64,000 nucleotides of DNA, taken from Basidiobolus meristosporus CBS 931.73 (taxonomy: Eukaryota > Fungi > Basidiobolomycota). The translations under genes were made by a program, and so were the position numbers. The stretch's first letter is position 1. The number at the start of each line of letters is the position of its first letter. Of this stretch, positions 40,197 through 54,944 are shown in pieces. Below the pieces are notes generated by a model. That model was given only the letters and a program-made list of their open reading frames with translations. It was not told the DNA's origin and did not search any database. The stretch spans positions 1-64,000 of the forward strand of contig MCFE01000136.1 of NCBI GenBank assembly GCA_002104905.1, given 5' to 3'.

Positions 40197-40867
40197 CCTT
40201 TAGATGACTGTAGCGAACACGCTGGGCCTGGCGCAGTGGAGCCTCATTTTAACCTTTTCCTTCATGAACCCCCTATTAGCCAACTGCTGCTCCCCGTGTG
40301 CGAAACGTTGGTCCAACATGGCAGCTTGCTTGGGGTGCATATGAGCGTGAGCGAGATGCGCGAGGAACGATACTAGAAACGAGGACTTCGACCACACCTA
40401 TCAAATGCACCCAACTATGCTCAACCCGATGCTTCCTACCCTCACGAGGAAGATTTTCGCTTCCACAAACGCATGCTGACGAAGGATCGAGCCAGACTTT
40501 CACCTCCAGCAACCTCTATATTGTTGCTCAACTTCCCGTGCAAACGAGCATCAACAATCATTAAATCAGGTATACGCTTGGGTTTTATAAAAAAGATTTC
40601 GTATTGATACATAATAAATAGAACCTAGAACACAGATGCAAGTACATACATAAAAAGCCCATAACCTATCGATCAATACAAACATGTGGAATCATCTTCC
40701 TGTTCTCAATGGGAGGCCTTGTGTATATCAATAGGATTCATGGGAAATGGTGGTTTCGAATGGCAATATGAGTGATTTTTCTGTACAAAAATATGATTTC
40801 GATGGGTGCCACTACACACTGTAGTAACGAGCGCACCGTCCGTGTTTGATGATTCTTACTGAGCGAC

Positions 40868-43800
40868 TTAATAACTTGTCACTGTAGAGCTTTCTCCCTC
40901 GTTTATCAAAGTCTCGGTGGGCTGATCTGTAGATGGAGTCGTAGCAGCAACATCTCCTTGATGCGCACCGAATACGATATCCCCATCTGTATCCTCGTCA
41001 TCTTCATCCCCAAGAGGCGGGATGAGTCTGTCATACTCGATATCCACATACTCGTCCCAAGGATTCGATCCTAGTCTTGGGTTGTGTCGGCCGCCCATTT
41101 TGCGTCTCATTCGTAATTTCTTGGGCCGATTCTCATGCTCAATGTACCGAGCCAAATTGAAAAACATGTCAAAGAACACTGCTGGCTCACGCATTCGCTT
41201 CAGGTCACTCAGTGTGACGAAACTCTTGTTGGTGGGATTAATTAGATCGAACCTAGAGTCCAAACGGTTATTAGAATATTCCATAAGAGTACGTATTATG
41301 AGGTATGTACATTTGGCATATGCTATCCATGTATGGAATTCGTTTGACTCTAGCATACTCCATACGGCTCATCTGCTCCTCATAAAAATGCTCCAATTCG
41401 TACAGACTCAACAGCCCATCGCCATCTGTATCCAAGCAGCGAAACCAATATTCGATGGCGGTGGGAGTGTTTTTATTCACTTCGGATAAAATAAACCCTA
41501 AATGGTAAGGATTGGTCAGTGCCTGTGCAATGCTCTTTTCCGGTTTGACAAACTGTACTTACAGACAAAATCCCTGTAGCTCATATGAGGCTCGCTTCTT
41601 TCCTTATTCGATGCAAGATCAGTAGGCTTCCCACACCCTTCGATAACCCTTTTGACTATCCTCTCGGTCAACGAGCCTTGTGCGTAATAGCATAGGTCAG
41701 TTTCACTTATCTCCAAATCATGGTCATCATCCAGTTCCCAAAATTTGGAATAGATCACATAGAAATCCTTGTATGAGAAACAAGAACGCTTCTGAAGCAA
41801 TAGAAAATTAGCGATGGCTCGGGATGATGCATACTATCGTAAAGATAATCATTACCTTGCGTCGTGTTTGATGTCCACAATCGATCCCTAGTTCAGCTCG
41901 ACGAATGATTGTAACTATTTTTCCGCGTTTGAATTCGGCAAACGACATCCGTCCAGTCCAACTCCTGTTATGGTCGTAAAAGATTCTTGCAATAACCGTC
42001 TCGGCTAAATTTGAAAGGTTGCGTAAGTATGAGAACCAACCGATACTCCCAAGCAATAAATGATACATTACCATATCTATCTTGGAAGCTATCATTTCCG
42101 ACCAGAAAATCAAGTTCTTGGTGACCAGACATAACATCTACATATATACGGTTAAACATCCAATAGTTGATCATCACCTTATGATCTTCGGATCAGACAT
42201 ACCTCGCAATATGACATCGAAATCATCTGGTACTAGAAAATCGTTTCCCCTTTGCTTCAACAAGTAAAATGCAAAAGCATCGACACTTTTGCATTCGCGT
42301 TTCATCATATGCCAAGCCCTTGAATCAATGCATCAGTTAGGACTTGAAGATGTGTGTATCCATTATAAAGACTTACCGGACGATATGTGACCAAGTCAAG
42401 CACGATGTTCCTCCAACCAATTCAACTATCCTATTGAACAACGCCAAACTGAAGTATCTTGGAAGTTGGAAGGCTGAGGTAACAGGGTAGAATGTATCTT
42501 CAGTCACAAATCCTTCTTCATGAAACATTGGCTGGAGTAATGACTGAATTGATATTAAAAGGATGAGTAGTCGGCAATAGACAATGTCTATAAATTAGAA
42601 TATTACCAGCTCGCGAACAATGGTCTGATGCATCTTCAAGGACTCCTGAGGCTTCCCAAGGGGAAAATAGAATTTAGGGATTTGATTGCTACCTTTGGCG
42701 AGTGCATTTGAATTACACTCTTGTACAGTGGACTTCGATTTTGCCACTGGCTCCTGCGAACCGGGATTTGCAGCTGTCGGTAATGGCAATGTTTGAGCTG
42801 AAGTAGCGTACTGGTACTCAATGGATTCAGCTTTCTTTTGGCTTTTTCGAGGAGATGGTGAATCTGATTTATCAGAGCGATCGCTAGTGTCGTCAAGTGC
42901 TCGCTTGGAAGGAGAGGATCCAGTACCGGGCGTACTCGTATTAGCTACCGTTGATTCGCGTAACTCCGCGGCTGCAGCTTTGGTAGCTTCAGTGTCTATT
43001 CTATTTTGTGGAGCCAATACGGCCTTTCGAACCGGCGAAAAAACATGTGCTTGGCGGCCATTCTCCAGATTATCAAGAGGTTTCTTTGATAAAGATATAG
43101 GGAGAGATGATAAAAATACATCGCGGTTAGATTCGACTGTTTCTGGAATACAGAAATTCTGAGAGAGCAATGGGGTTGGGCTGCTAGGCTCTGGTGCTTC
43201 CCGTTGAATAGAATCGATGACCTCCTTAACTCTATCATCGGAATCCTCCTTGGAAGTAGGCGAAGCTTTTTTGAGGCTTGCTTTTTGTTGACTAAACTCC
43301 TCAATTAGAACCCGCTTGGAAGGGGAGCTACTCTTGCAAGGTTCGCGGATTTCATGTGTGGTTTGATTAACAAAGCTTATAAGCTTGTCATTTTCCACAC
43401 TTTTTTCTTTCAGCTTCAATTTTGGTGGGGATAGTTTGATCGAAGGTACTTTATCCTCTGGATCGACCCTCAGTTCGTTTACAAGCACCCGCTTAGATGG
43501 AGATACATGCTCCTTCGAAATAAATCGGAAAGGACTGAAACGACAAGGTGATTTCCCCAGATTTACTAGTCTTTGGCGCGAGTTAAGTGTGGGTGAGCCT
43601 ATATCAAGAGCTGACGAGTTGAATCGAGGAAGTGGAGAAGTAACGCAAGACTCCAAGGCTTAGAAATATATGAGTCAAACGTAAAAAATGACTATCCTGC
43701 CAAAATAACTTACAGCGATTTCCTCTACGGCTACAAGCTGGACTGATGGGTGCAGGCGATTTTGGAGATAAAATGTCTCGAAAGGGAGAACCAAAAACAT

Positions 43801-44017
43801 TTCCACGAATCGGTGTTCCGTTGCCATCTTTGATTCGATGCCGTAAGAAATCTTTAAAACGAGGAGAATAAGAAGCCCTGTCAATTTCTACGCTTCCTGG
43901 CACAGCGATGTATCGGTCGGGAATTTCATCTATACACGGCAGAAGCGGAGATTGGACAATTTCGGAAGGGAGTTTACGGGAAGATTTGGGAGTCTGTGAG
44001 AGCGTTGGCGAGGACAT
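40868..44017 (-). CDS. Protein phosphatase 2A regulatory subunit B'' (EF-hand, PPP2R3 family), multi-exon
   Basis: QIPKFYFPLGKP, FYVIYSKFWELDDDHDL, AIEYWFRCLDTDGDGLLSLYELEHFY and FDMFFNLARY. GT-AG introns keep the frame. Confidence 0.92.
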
Positions 44018-45886
44018 GCTTTGTTTTCTGAACAATGAAGTGATAGATTTAAGCAAAGATACTTGAGATGAAGGCAGAAGTTTCCAAATATACTTCGTAG
44101 GAAACCTTGAGCTCTTCAGGGAGTTATTACGCTGATATGTCTAGTCGATAGAACTTTAATACAGCAGACAGACTATTTGATGTTTGTATGCAGGTGTGAT
44201 AGAATAAGGGAAGTTTTGGTTCAGTTGCTCTACTTTTTCATCCGTCAAATCGGCAAGGGTATATGCACTGTTTGTTTACCTTATTCGATTTCTCGGAAGA
44301 CTGGAGTATGGAGTTCAAAACAAATCAAATTTATAACCATCTCATTGGTTGACAAAGGGATATAATTCTCAGGTCAAAATTCGCTGATTGAAGGTTGATT
44401 GTGTGTAAACTACCAAGAATCGCAGTAACAAACTACACGATTGTAACAGACAATACAATGTCCACTATGAAAATTAAGATCTATAAACATAAATCACGAT
44501 AAACTGAACAAGAGAGCTGAAGGCCAATTATATCCATTCACAATAGCTGAGAACGTATTTTTCATACGGTTTGAAGTTTGCTAAGTACGGCTATTTGTAA
44601 AACAAAAGGGGGGCACGCATACTTCTATTCCTCACTGATCGCCAACTAGCCGTTGAATTGAACCAAAGCAAACACCTGCCTACAAGCGTGATAAGTGCAG
44701 GCTTTTGTTGCGGCTTCAGCGAAAAAACTTTTCTTCTAACGAAGTTCTGGGGAATCAGAGTGAAAAACTGTTCGTATCAGGTATAAGATTATAGTACGCT
44801 CAGATCAACTAAAAGGTGGTGCAAAGCGAGGATTCGTCACCATAAACTTCATGAGCAGTCAAGTGTTCTTTGCGTTTGGCTCTTCCGGAGGAACACCTAG
44901 GCTCCCATCACCTTGAGAGCTAGACACCATCTTTGCAAAGTGCTCATCAAGCATATGAAGGGGATAGACATTGACCCAATGTAGTGTATAACAATCGATA
45001 CGAACCTGATATCTTTAATAAAAAAATCCTCAAGTGCAGCAGGCTATGAACATCTGCTGGAACCCCAGATTAATTCATATATTTGCATCATCAATAGTGA
45101 CCAGTGTACATGCAGTTGAACTATGCATGCTCCTGGGATTGCTGTAAATGATGCTACTTCCTAGGTCTCCCGGGTATATATTTGGTGGGCTGGGGTAGAA
45201 AGCGAAGCATCCTTGTGAAATCTTCACTTTGAATACGCCAAACTCGTAGTTGTACAGCAACAATTTAACCTCCTCTTTAATATATCCTACAGCCATTGGT
45301 TAAAATTCATTATCCACTGCATGGATGAATGAATAAAGGAGAACTCGGGACTGTCTAATAAAATACATTGGGGCTATATTCTACCAAGCTCTCCTGTGCC
45401 ACACATTCCAAGAATGTCCATATTCTAGAAAAAACAAATAGATAGGTGCAAAAGCAGCATATTCCATAGTTTGGGTTCTTATAGCATGCGCAGACCTCCG
45501 TCTCTAACCACAAACTTCAGTAACGCTGGATAACTCACTGAACCAAATGCCTGCTCACTCCTAAATGGTGTGCACTGCTGCCACTCTTGGCAACTAACGA
45601 GTCTTTTTAGCTGTATCTGAGTTATTAACTGCAGCACATAAGGGGCATTGAATCAAACGATATTAGTACAATGGAACTAAATTCACGGTATCGGAGAATT
45701 ATACCCACTGTTGCGTAGGAAACCCAATAAGTGAAGAGATAACAAGACCTCGTATGTCGAATGCCGTACAACCATCCATATGGCTTTTGTCATTAGAATA
45801 TGCATGTAAACAAAGCGATACCAACTTTCCCACTCTAATATTCTATCTATGGCAAGATCGTAAAATGATCACTCTGTTGGGTTGAT

Positions 45887-45922
45887 GATGGTGATGGTGA
45901 TGGTGATGGTGATGGTGATGGT
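45887..45922. repeat. Hexanucleotide microsatellite (GATGGT)6
   Basis: Six perfect tandem units read directly. Intergenic. Confidence 0.95.
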
Positions 45923-47451
45923 ATATACAACTCAATGGTTATCGTAGTTATTACCTTCTGACCCAATCCCTATAGGTTCGGAATGGGCCATTCAGAAAAC
46001 TCAGATTCGATTTACCCAATGATCCAGATGACACAAGATCTATCTGCTACATCTTCCATCTCCTCCGAGTGGTTTGCAATTGGCCAAGATTTTGCACATG
46101 AAGTCAAGGTGGAGCCAGCAGCTGCTGTAGGGAGATGCAGCAGGAGCTCAGCACGCAAGGAATGATCAATTGATTATCAAAGCAATTGTGGCTTTGTATT
46201 TTGTGTCATATTTAGACTGTGTATTGATGATCTCAACGTAGTGTAGCGGATGTTTCCATTCCCAGTTCCTAAAACACTCCGATGCTCAGCTGCTATCAGT
46301 GTGGCTAGAAATCATTATCATCGAGTGGTAGCACTCGTCCCCAGGGAAAATGCATTAGTTTGGGGATTGAGTAAGACGAGGTCTTAAACTCATTCGACGG
46401 GCAAGCCACCAGAAATCCAGTTGTTTCAGCTACCCACTGTGTTGCATCCCAGATTACTTATCAATATATTGGCTACCATATCTCGAATCATCTTTCACAT
46501 TGCACAAGGTGCACTTCGTTCAAGTGACAAGGATTCAAATTCACCAAATCGCGTCCGCTACAACTGATGTCAACCTTGGATCATGCAATTCAATCATTCA
46601 TCAGGTTTCCAAGCATGAACTGAAGGGTGGCTTCAAATGGAATCGCATTGGACTTTAGATCAAATTAAATCTCCCGAATCATGACTACCTGAGCAACTGG
46701 AGCAAGTCGTGGTGTGTGGGAATATGAAAATTTTGATTGAGCGTTCTTGTCTGTTGATAGTGCAACTTAGCTACCCTGCTTGCCATCGGGATGATTAGCA
46801 GTCGTTGATGGTTTTAGACCAGCAACCACATCTCATTGGAGTAAACGTCTTACAGCTAGTCCGAACATTAGACCAATTGGGAGCTCTAAGGGCTCTTAAT
46901 TTTGCCATGCAACTGTTAGGTTACAAATTGAAACTTGCAATTGTGAAAATTATATGCATAGACTCTGGATATCTGTTGCAGCGAATTGGTTAAATTTAAT
47001 CTAATGCATCTTTTAAGGCTTGATTAGATTCCCAATGTTTCTAATATATTACACAGATGCGAATGATAGAATAGGTTCCACTTTATTTCACTCGCTGGTT
47101 GGGACTGTCATATCGAAAGAACCCTGGCCCATTCTCCCCTACGGATGCTATAAATTGCCCTGGAGCACTTCGGAAGTGCCATTCTGTGAGGTTTCACTTT
47201 TAGTACTTTACATTCTTCTTGTTGAGCATAATCTCAATTTATTCCAATCGAGTATACTGCAGAGCTCCTCCCTTGGGTCAGTTCTGCTAGCCTTCCAACT
47301 GAACTTGCTTCTATACCCGCTCACCCACACGCACATCGAGTTTTATTACCTATCGTATTTTCCTTTGCCGACGATAGGTACGTCTACCATCATTGTCAGT
47401 AATGCTCATGCACGCGGGTACTAACAGCCTAGTTCAGATCGCAACAGAATA

Positions 47452-48675
47452 ATGTCAAATAAACACTTGGCACACATCGCAACCTTAGCGATGCTGAATG
47501 GATCCCAAAGCCGGGCGCTTTACTCCAACGAAGAAGCATCCTTATCATCGCCTATTCTGGAAAGAGAAAGCAACGATATTTTCCGGTCCTATAGAAAGGC
47601 GGTAAAAGCCTGCGCAGCCGTTAATGCTGCTGATGAGTTGGGTGATATCTGCAATGCATTAAACACTATTGTGGCACAGCGCAAGGTGAAATCTCATTAT
47701 ACACAACTTCCCAAGATTGGTGAGCTCTTGGAGTCATTGGATGCCTGTTTAGACAAAGCTGTTTCTGAAGCAGAATCGAGCGGTCCCTCAACACCAGCAG
47801 AATTCGGTCAAGATACCAATGACGCTAGTGGACCTCGTAAATTCTCCAATGCCTCATCAAATTCCTCAAACAGTGAAAGGAGCGAGTTGAGTTCGCTGTT
47901 TGGATGGAATACCGATTCTTACTCTCTAAGATCGGTCAGAGAATCTAATCCTGTCAAAGAAGTTAGTCTGAGCGAGGTGTATATGGATGCCGTGTTAGCT
48001 GGGTGGCTTAATAAGCTTCGAATCAACAATGGTTCCTTTTTCAGTCGAAAAACTTGGAAGCGGCGCCTACTTGTTTTAACCCCCACACACCTGTACCAAT
48101 TCAAGACATCCGCTGCTCAGTCGAAGTCTGTCAACGCCTTTGAAATATCCACCTCAACTACCATCAACATTTGTGAAAAATACCCCGAGAAGAGATGGGT
48201 GCTTGAAATCCAAGGAAATTCTCAGCACCCTTGGCATATTCAAGCTGAATCTATGGAAGACCTCAAGACCTGGCTAAATTCTCTGAGGGCAACCGTAGTT
48301 CGTGCCAAATATGCCATTCGAACTCTTCCAGAAGTACCAATGGGCAACGTATATAAGGAGATGGTGCGCCGCACTAGTGCGAACAATGTTCAAGCAGCCA
48401 GGCCGAGAGTTCCAAGACCAAGCAAATCTATGAGCCATGCTCCAACTGCAAGCATGGTTCAAAGCACTAGATACACAAAGGATGAACATACCAGTGGCGG
48501 TCAAACCCGTTCCAACAAACAAACAAAACCTAGAATTGATATCAACATTTCACATTCGCCATTTTTTGACAATAGCCTATTAGCAAGTCTAAGTAGTTCA
48601 CCTACCAGAACGGCATTCCCAGCTACCGTATCCAAGAAGCCATGCTCTACACTACCTACTGTTCTGGAATGCTGA
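47452..48675 (+). CDS. PH-domain protein, single exon
   Basis: 407-aa ORF with LAGWLNKL...KTWKRRLLVLTPTHLYQFK...IQAESMEDLKTWLNSL. Confidence 0.85.
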   Translation: MSNKHLAHIATLAMLNGSQSRALYSNEEASLSSPILERESNDIFRSYRKAVKACAAVNAADELGDICNALNTIVAQRKVKSHYTQLPKIGELLESLDACLDKAVSEAESSGPSTPAEFGQDTNDASGPRKFSNASSNSSNSERSELSSLFGWNTDSYSLRSVRESNPVKEVSLSEVYMDAVLAGWLNKLRINNGSFFSRKTWKRRLLVLTPTHLYQFKTSAAQSKSVNAFEISTSTTINICEKYPEKRWVLEIQGNSQHPWHIQAESMEDLKTWLNSLRATVVRAKYAIRTLPEVPMGNVYKEMVRRTSANNVQAARPRVPRPSKSMSHAPTASMVQSTRYTKDEHTSGGQTRSNKQTKPRIDINISHSPFFDNSLLASLSSSPTRTAFPATVSKKPCSTLPTVLEC

Positions 48676-49734
48676 GCCTTGCGAGCACACAATCCCTGTA
48701 TTTTTTGACCTTCCGTTCACATAACTGAGCCATCACGCACTATCATGTTTATAATCTGCTCAAGTCTTTGAGTTTTGGCACATCCGAAATATCCTACGTA
48801 ATCCACAGCTTAATTTCACCGAACGAAGCTCTCATTGTAAATAGTCATCTAGCCCCTTCAAAGATCAAAAGACCAGTTCGGATTGGTACCATCATTCTTG
48901 AGAAATGTTACACTAGCTGTTACGATTTCACCAACTGATCTTAATAAACAATTCCAGCATCCATACATCAATTCTGGGCACGTTCTTTCAACGTATAGCC
49001 TAACAGGAGGATTGTGCTCGAGCTTATCCGATCCGGAACCTGATAGCGGATGCTCAGTTGTATTACATACGCACTTGGTGTCACCGATGCTCAGATAGCG
49101 AGGCCTTGACATAATGCATTCCGGATGATCGCCAATTTCTCGGTGATTATACATGTTATCAATTAGTCTGTGCAACTGTTAATGGTACCGTTGCGCCTTG
49201 AAACCGGTGGGGCTATAATTTGACAGTGGAGCGACATCGAGGTCTTACAATGGTACTTGCGGCATACCAAGCTGTCCCGTATCATGCAAATAGAACTGCA
49301 TCTAATGACTCGACCAGCAAGTCTACTCAGGCATGAGTAAGGCTTCTAGACCGTCATGCACTGGTTTTCTGAAGTGGTATAGTAGACTGTTGTAAGTCAA
49401 AACCGGATGATTCCTCCGTACCCATACACGTAGCAGCGAGGGCCATTCTGTATTGTTACAAAGGCTAGGTAGCTGCGTCTACCGAGCTTGAAATATGGGG
49501 ACGCCCCTTTCTTCGGTTTTGCTTCAGCTATGAGGGTGGGTGTGCTGGTAGGTGAGATATCAATATACATCTGTGTTCATTTTATTTAAGGAGATGCAAA
49601 ACGATATATACGCTACATCTCATCCCGCCACTTTTTTACCAAGGGCGAGTGCACATATATACTGGAATTGGAATGGGTATTAAAGCGAGGGTACTAGACA
49701 ATTCTAAATCCCATGAGTGGATACATTTATAGGT

Positions 49735-52700
49735 TCAAAGGTGACTGGAGTCGATGACACGCCTTAATAGCTGTGCCCCCATCCAATCCGGAACATACTC
49801 ATCACCCGGAGTGAACAGCATATTCTGAATTAGCTTGGCTACCCCGTAGCAATCAATGGCACTATCGGTGGGGAGGAACAGGTTGTCCACTTTCTCGGTG
49901 GTTTCACTCTTCTGGGCGATCTCCATCAAGACCTTCGGGGACAGCGGCTCTTCGTAGTCAGACACGGCATAGATCGAGCTAAGCTTTTTGATTTGACCAG
50001 GGTTTAGAGAATCACAAGCCTGGAACAGGACGTCGATATCCTGCACTGTATTAAGCAGGGTTAGCAGTTTCATTGCTTGTCGAAGCTGCTCCAAGTGAAC
50101 AATTTCCGGTATGCCAGCTGAGACCCTGGCGCACCATTCCTGGATTGAGGTGATGTTGGCTTGGATCTGGGTGCCTCGTTTCCAAGAACAGAAGTTGCGT
50201 CTCATGATGATGTTGTTGAATGTGGTGGCGCCCACAAAGTTCAACAACTCCTCAATAATCCGTGTGACCACTGTGGTTTCAATAAAGTAGCCAGCAGACA
50301 ACTCCCATTCGTGCTCAAGGAATTCAATGACTATTTTGACCGACGGTGGGATCATGCTATTTCGTGCGTTGGTCATTATCTTCTTAAAGAATCCTGACTC
50401 TTGGATGTAGTACTCCATCAAGGGTTGACTCTCTACTACGCCGGGGATGATAAGCTTGCTGATCTTCTTCTTCATGTCAATCATTAACAGATTGTAGATT
50501 TTCACTATCAGTTCCTCCAGCGTCTCTTTACACTTCGAAACAACCTTGGCCGGGTCGATGTAATCAGAATGGTAACGGATGGACTCTTGGGTGCTTTGCG
50601 CTTGATTGCGTTGCTCCATATCCACAACATACTGCAGAAGATAGATGGTGTTGGATAGCCAGTAATGAAGAATGTTTTCTAGCTTGGAGGCATCCGCTTT
50701 GAGAACCAAGCCGTCGATGACCTGGGTTACTCTGGTCATCAATCGACGCATCTCTAGGCCGAGATCATAGCACCAAAGCTGATTCATGCAGAGGCCGATC
50801 AAATGGCCGGGGTAGAGAATTTCCGAGCGCGTCAATGCAGGTCGAGGTCCATTTTGAATCGCTATCTCCGAGTCACGGAGCAGTATTTCGATCTCGTTAA
50901 CCAACGCCTCCCCTTCCAGAATCGAGCGCACATCTCGGCCTTCAATACTCGACGATCTCCATGAAAGAGAGGCACGGCTTTGTGCTCGGGAATATCTTGT
51001 GGGGCCGAATGTTTGTCTTCTGAATGCATCCGACTCTTCATCTATCAGCCCAGATAAGGCGGGGTTTGAGACGAATGATTGGATTCGGCCTCGGTTAGAG
51101 CGGGCGTTGAAGTAATCCTCTGGGGCAGAATTGAGGCTTGTACGTTGATGCTCGGGTTCCGAGTGAATTATTGCGTGGTTATATGAATGTGGGGATTTAG
51201 GAGAGAGGCTCTCCCACGATGTGTGGGTGCTCCTTTCCTGCTCTCCACCATGGTTTTCATCATAACTGTTACTTCCGCTCAAGCTTTCATAGCTAGAATC
51301 GCCGGTAGTTCTGGATATTCTCTTGACTTTGAGCTCTTTCTTCGCATTGGCATATTCGGTCTTAATTGAGTACAGCTCCTTCTCCTTGATCGCTAGGTCA
51401 TCGCTTAGCAAGCTATATTTCGAAGTTAGCAGATCGTTCTCCGCTTTCAGGGCCGAGATTTCATTTTGATGGGTATCTGTGAGCGTCGCGATCTCTTGGG
51501 TAAGTTCACCAATTTTCTGCTCAGATATCTCGCACTTCTCTTTCCAGAACTCGATCTGGTCACGGATCTTAGACAGTTCCTCATTCAGGGCTTTGTTTTG
51601 GTCTGTTTTGACCGACAGCTGTTGTGTCATGGCGACCACCGTGTTCTCCAACTTGAACGACTGTTCCTTGAAGTGGGTAACCGATCGGGCCTCGATTTTG
51701 AGTTGTTTCAGCTCTGCGGCTGCTCGGATGCGGCGTACACAGGCTTGTAGATACACGATATGACGAACCTGGCTACGGAAATAGCGCTGGGCGAGCCATC
51801 TGCGGCAGTACTTCTGGATAGTTACAGATGCTCTGGTCTCACGCAAGCTATGGACCTCCATGGTGGCGATGAGTCTCCTGGTAAGGCTTTGTATCTTGAT
51901 GGCGGACTTGACCAGGGTAAGGAAGCGTTTGCGGTGATAATACATGCGCCAGCTTCGTTGGATTCGTGTTGCTGCTTTTTTCTCGCGCAAGCCCCGAAGC
52001 AGCCTCATAGCAAACATTCGGCGAGTATAGGCTTGCAGAACAACCGTGGATAGCTTGAGCTGGTGATAGTGCTTTCGAGCCAAGAAGCCTCTGACGCGGG
52101 TTTGAATGGTGCAGGCGGAGTTGCTCAGCTTATCGGAGCGAAGTTTCTCCAAATAGGCTAGCTGTCCAGCTCGGAAAAACACCTTTGTAGAGCCGAGTTG
52201 ATACTTGTCATTGTTGTTGATGGTATGTTGCAGTATGGACTTGGTGAATTGCGACAAATCCTGGTGACTCCACTGAGATGTGGGTAGCAATAGGTAGTAT
52301 CTGTCCACAAATTCTTCAATAGTTCTCCGGGAGGGGTATCCTTCACAACTAATCCGGATCGTTTCGAGCACACCGCATGCTCTTAGTTGAGATAGCACCA
52401 TTTGTGGGTCGAAGTGCCAAGGCTTTTTCTCTTCATTGGGCTTAATACAACGGATGTAATGAACATTGGTGGAATTCACCGTGTCCATTAGGCTGATCAG
52501 CGAGCTCTTGAAGGATGATCCGAGGGTCTTCTTCTTAATAGCAGCCCCGATGCTTCGTCTGGCAGAGCTGCGAGTAATTGGCTGCTCCTCAATTTGGTCG
52601 GGAAGCAAGTCCAATAGGAAATCAAATGCTGTAGCAGATAAAACACCCGAGAGCTCTTCGGAGATGTTGTCCTTGTTTTTGTCCAAAAAGCCTTCACTTT

Positions 52701-54944
52701 CGTAGGCAACATCATGGGCATAATGGCAGATGGTGAATGCGGTATTCGAGAATTTGGGCTTCTTGAAGAAACAAGCATTTTCCGGGTTTTCGTATTGCTT
52801 GTATAATTTGCTGATGAATGTGCCATCGGTTCCGGAGGGAAGCCTACTCTCCTCGTCTAAGAGCGCTAGAATACCGAGTTTTCCTTCAATCAAGTTGATG
52901 CATGGCTGATTATCACTGAACTCGATAAAGTTCCAGGCGATTTGCTCTTTGATGTACTCCTCTTGTTCAAGCTTGAAAACGTGCTTGTTGAACTCCTGCT
53001 GAAGCTTCTCGTTCGCGTAGTTGATGCAGAACTGCTCAAAGGAATTCTTCCCGAAATGCTCGAAGCCATAGATATCCAATACTCCTATAAAGGAATTCGC
53101 CGTCTGCGAAATCTCCTCGCTGCATAGGCTCTTGTTGATGATTCGGATCAGCCAATCAAACAACTTCGTGTAGATGAATTTAGCTACAGCATCTCGAGCG
53201 GCAACCGCTTCAGAAGGCTTCAGATTCGTGCGAATGCTCTCGGTTCGAGTAACCAACTGCTTCTTCACCAGCCATTTGCGAAACTCCCCGGAGTTGAGCT
53301 GCAACAGCGAGGTCACAGTCTCGAATGAGGGATCTGCCTCGTCTATCATGGCACCCAACTTATCCGATCCACCGATTTTGATGTTTCCAAGATGTAGCAA
53401 GGCAGCCAATACCCGAAAGATGTCTTTCTGGATCTCTGGTGATATTCCTATCAGAGACAAGGATTTCCTTGTCAACTCCAGCTCCTCACGATCGTCAACA
53501 CCCGGGATGACTCCTTGCCCACCTTGATTCAAATAGTGGTAGCTACCGTGTTCTCCAATTTTCAGCTCTTCCTTCTCTTCCGGAGTCGCTCCCGCACACA
53601 ACTAGTCAAGGCTTAGTATGGACAGGCGATGTATCTCAAGGGGATGGGCGGTTACCTGATAAAAGATGTGGTAGTTTCTTTCAATGTCCGGCTGATAGAT
53701 CAAGCGCGACCGCTCGAGCAAATAGGTCCGAACTCGGGCACCGACGATGTTGGTTGCGGTGTCGAATAGGATCTAATGTTTGGGAGAATCGCATCACTAT
53801 TGTGTATAGCCTATTTCATCAAGCTGCTGGTCCACTACCTCAATGTATTTACCAAACCGGGAGCTGTTGTCGTTGCGCGTGGTTTTCGCGTTTCCAAAGG
53901 CTTCCAGTACTGGGTTGGTTGCTAGATGTTTATCATCGATGTAGTCAGTAATCAGCCTCCCGTTGAAAGCCAACTCGAGTGCACTAACCAAGGATTTGTT
54001 CTTCAACCTCACTCAGATCAGATCCGGCTAGAAATTAGGTGTGGTTAGCATCAAGGCCCAGTCTGATTCGAGCAAGAGAGGTAGCTACCTTGCTGGTCGA
54101 TGTATTTTACGGAAGCAAAGTAGCGCATGATGAATTTCGCGCTGACTGTTTTACCCGCACCACTATATTCGAATGGTTTTGCGTGAGCCACACACCAACA
54201 GCGCGGAAGTCCATTCCCTCCACTCACCTTTCTCCCGAGACTACAATTGTCTGGTTTTGATGCTCGCGTAGCATGCATCGATAGGCATCCTCGGATATAG
54301 CGAACAAATGCGGCTCCAGCTCTCCTCGAGTTCTACCGGAATATGCTTGGAGGACATCTTGAGAGTAGAGTGAGACCTTCTGAAAGGGATTGCAAGCAAT
54401 CAGGACTATCCCAGAGTAGGTATAAATATTGTGTTGGGCATAACGAGTTCGTATGTTATGGAGGACTGTATTCAAAAGGTTAGCTGCTGGAAGCTTATCA
54501 AGCGCTCTCGTCAACTTCACCTGCTGGCTCATGTAAATAACTTAAGTTGGTCAGATCGTCAATCCCCTCTAATATGGGCGGATTGCACAGAGGGGGCAAT
54601 TCCAATTTACTCGCGTTTAACTTTTCTAACGAAAACTCCAAGGTGACAAGCTAGGAAGGCAAAAGCGGTGGTGAGTTATGCGCTGTCAAATGAGCGAAAT
54701 TCGTCTCTACCAAGAAACTTGTCTATGTTCTCACCTCCCCTGCATCATCTTTGATCTCTAAGCAAGCTGTATGGTCGTCAACTACTCTAGAGAGAATCTG
54801 ACCCCCAATCCAGCCTTCTTTGTCATTCTCCAACCATACCCTGGTATTCTACAGAAGCAGATTAATGCTGCTGTGGGAGCAAGAAGTAACGGCCCTACGT
54901 GAACTAACCTTACTGTAAACCTCAAGAGCCTGATGAGCACTCAT
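49735..54944 (-). CDS. Class V myosin (Myo2-like): motor, IQ repeats, coiled coil, DIL cargo domain
   Basis: Spliced [56 protein letters not shown] and HYIRCIKPN. IQxxxRGxxxR repeats; DIL block [34 protein letters not shown] at 54944. Confidence 0.95.

Noticed and set aside
45884-45922. The microsatellite reads as poly-His on the minus strand
   Set aside because: No surrounding ORF, so it is treated as a simple repeat.
48858-49500. Short Cys-containing ORFs between the PH gene and the myosin 3' end
   Set aside because: Stop-rich in all frames, with no motif or splice model.
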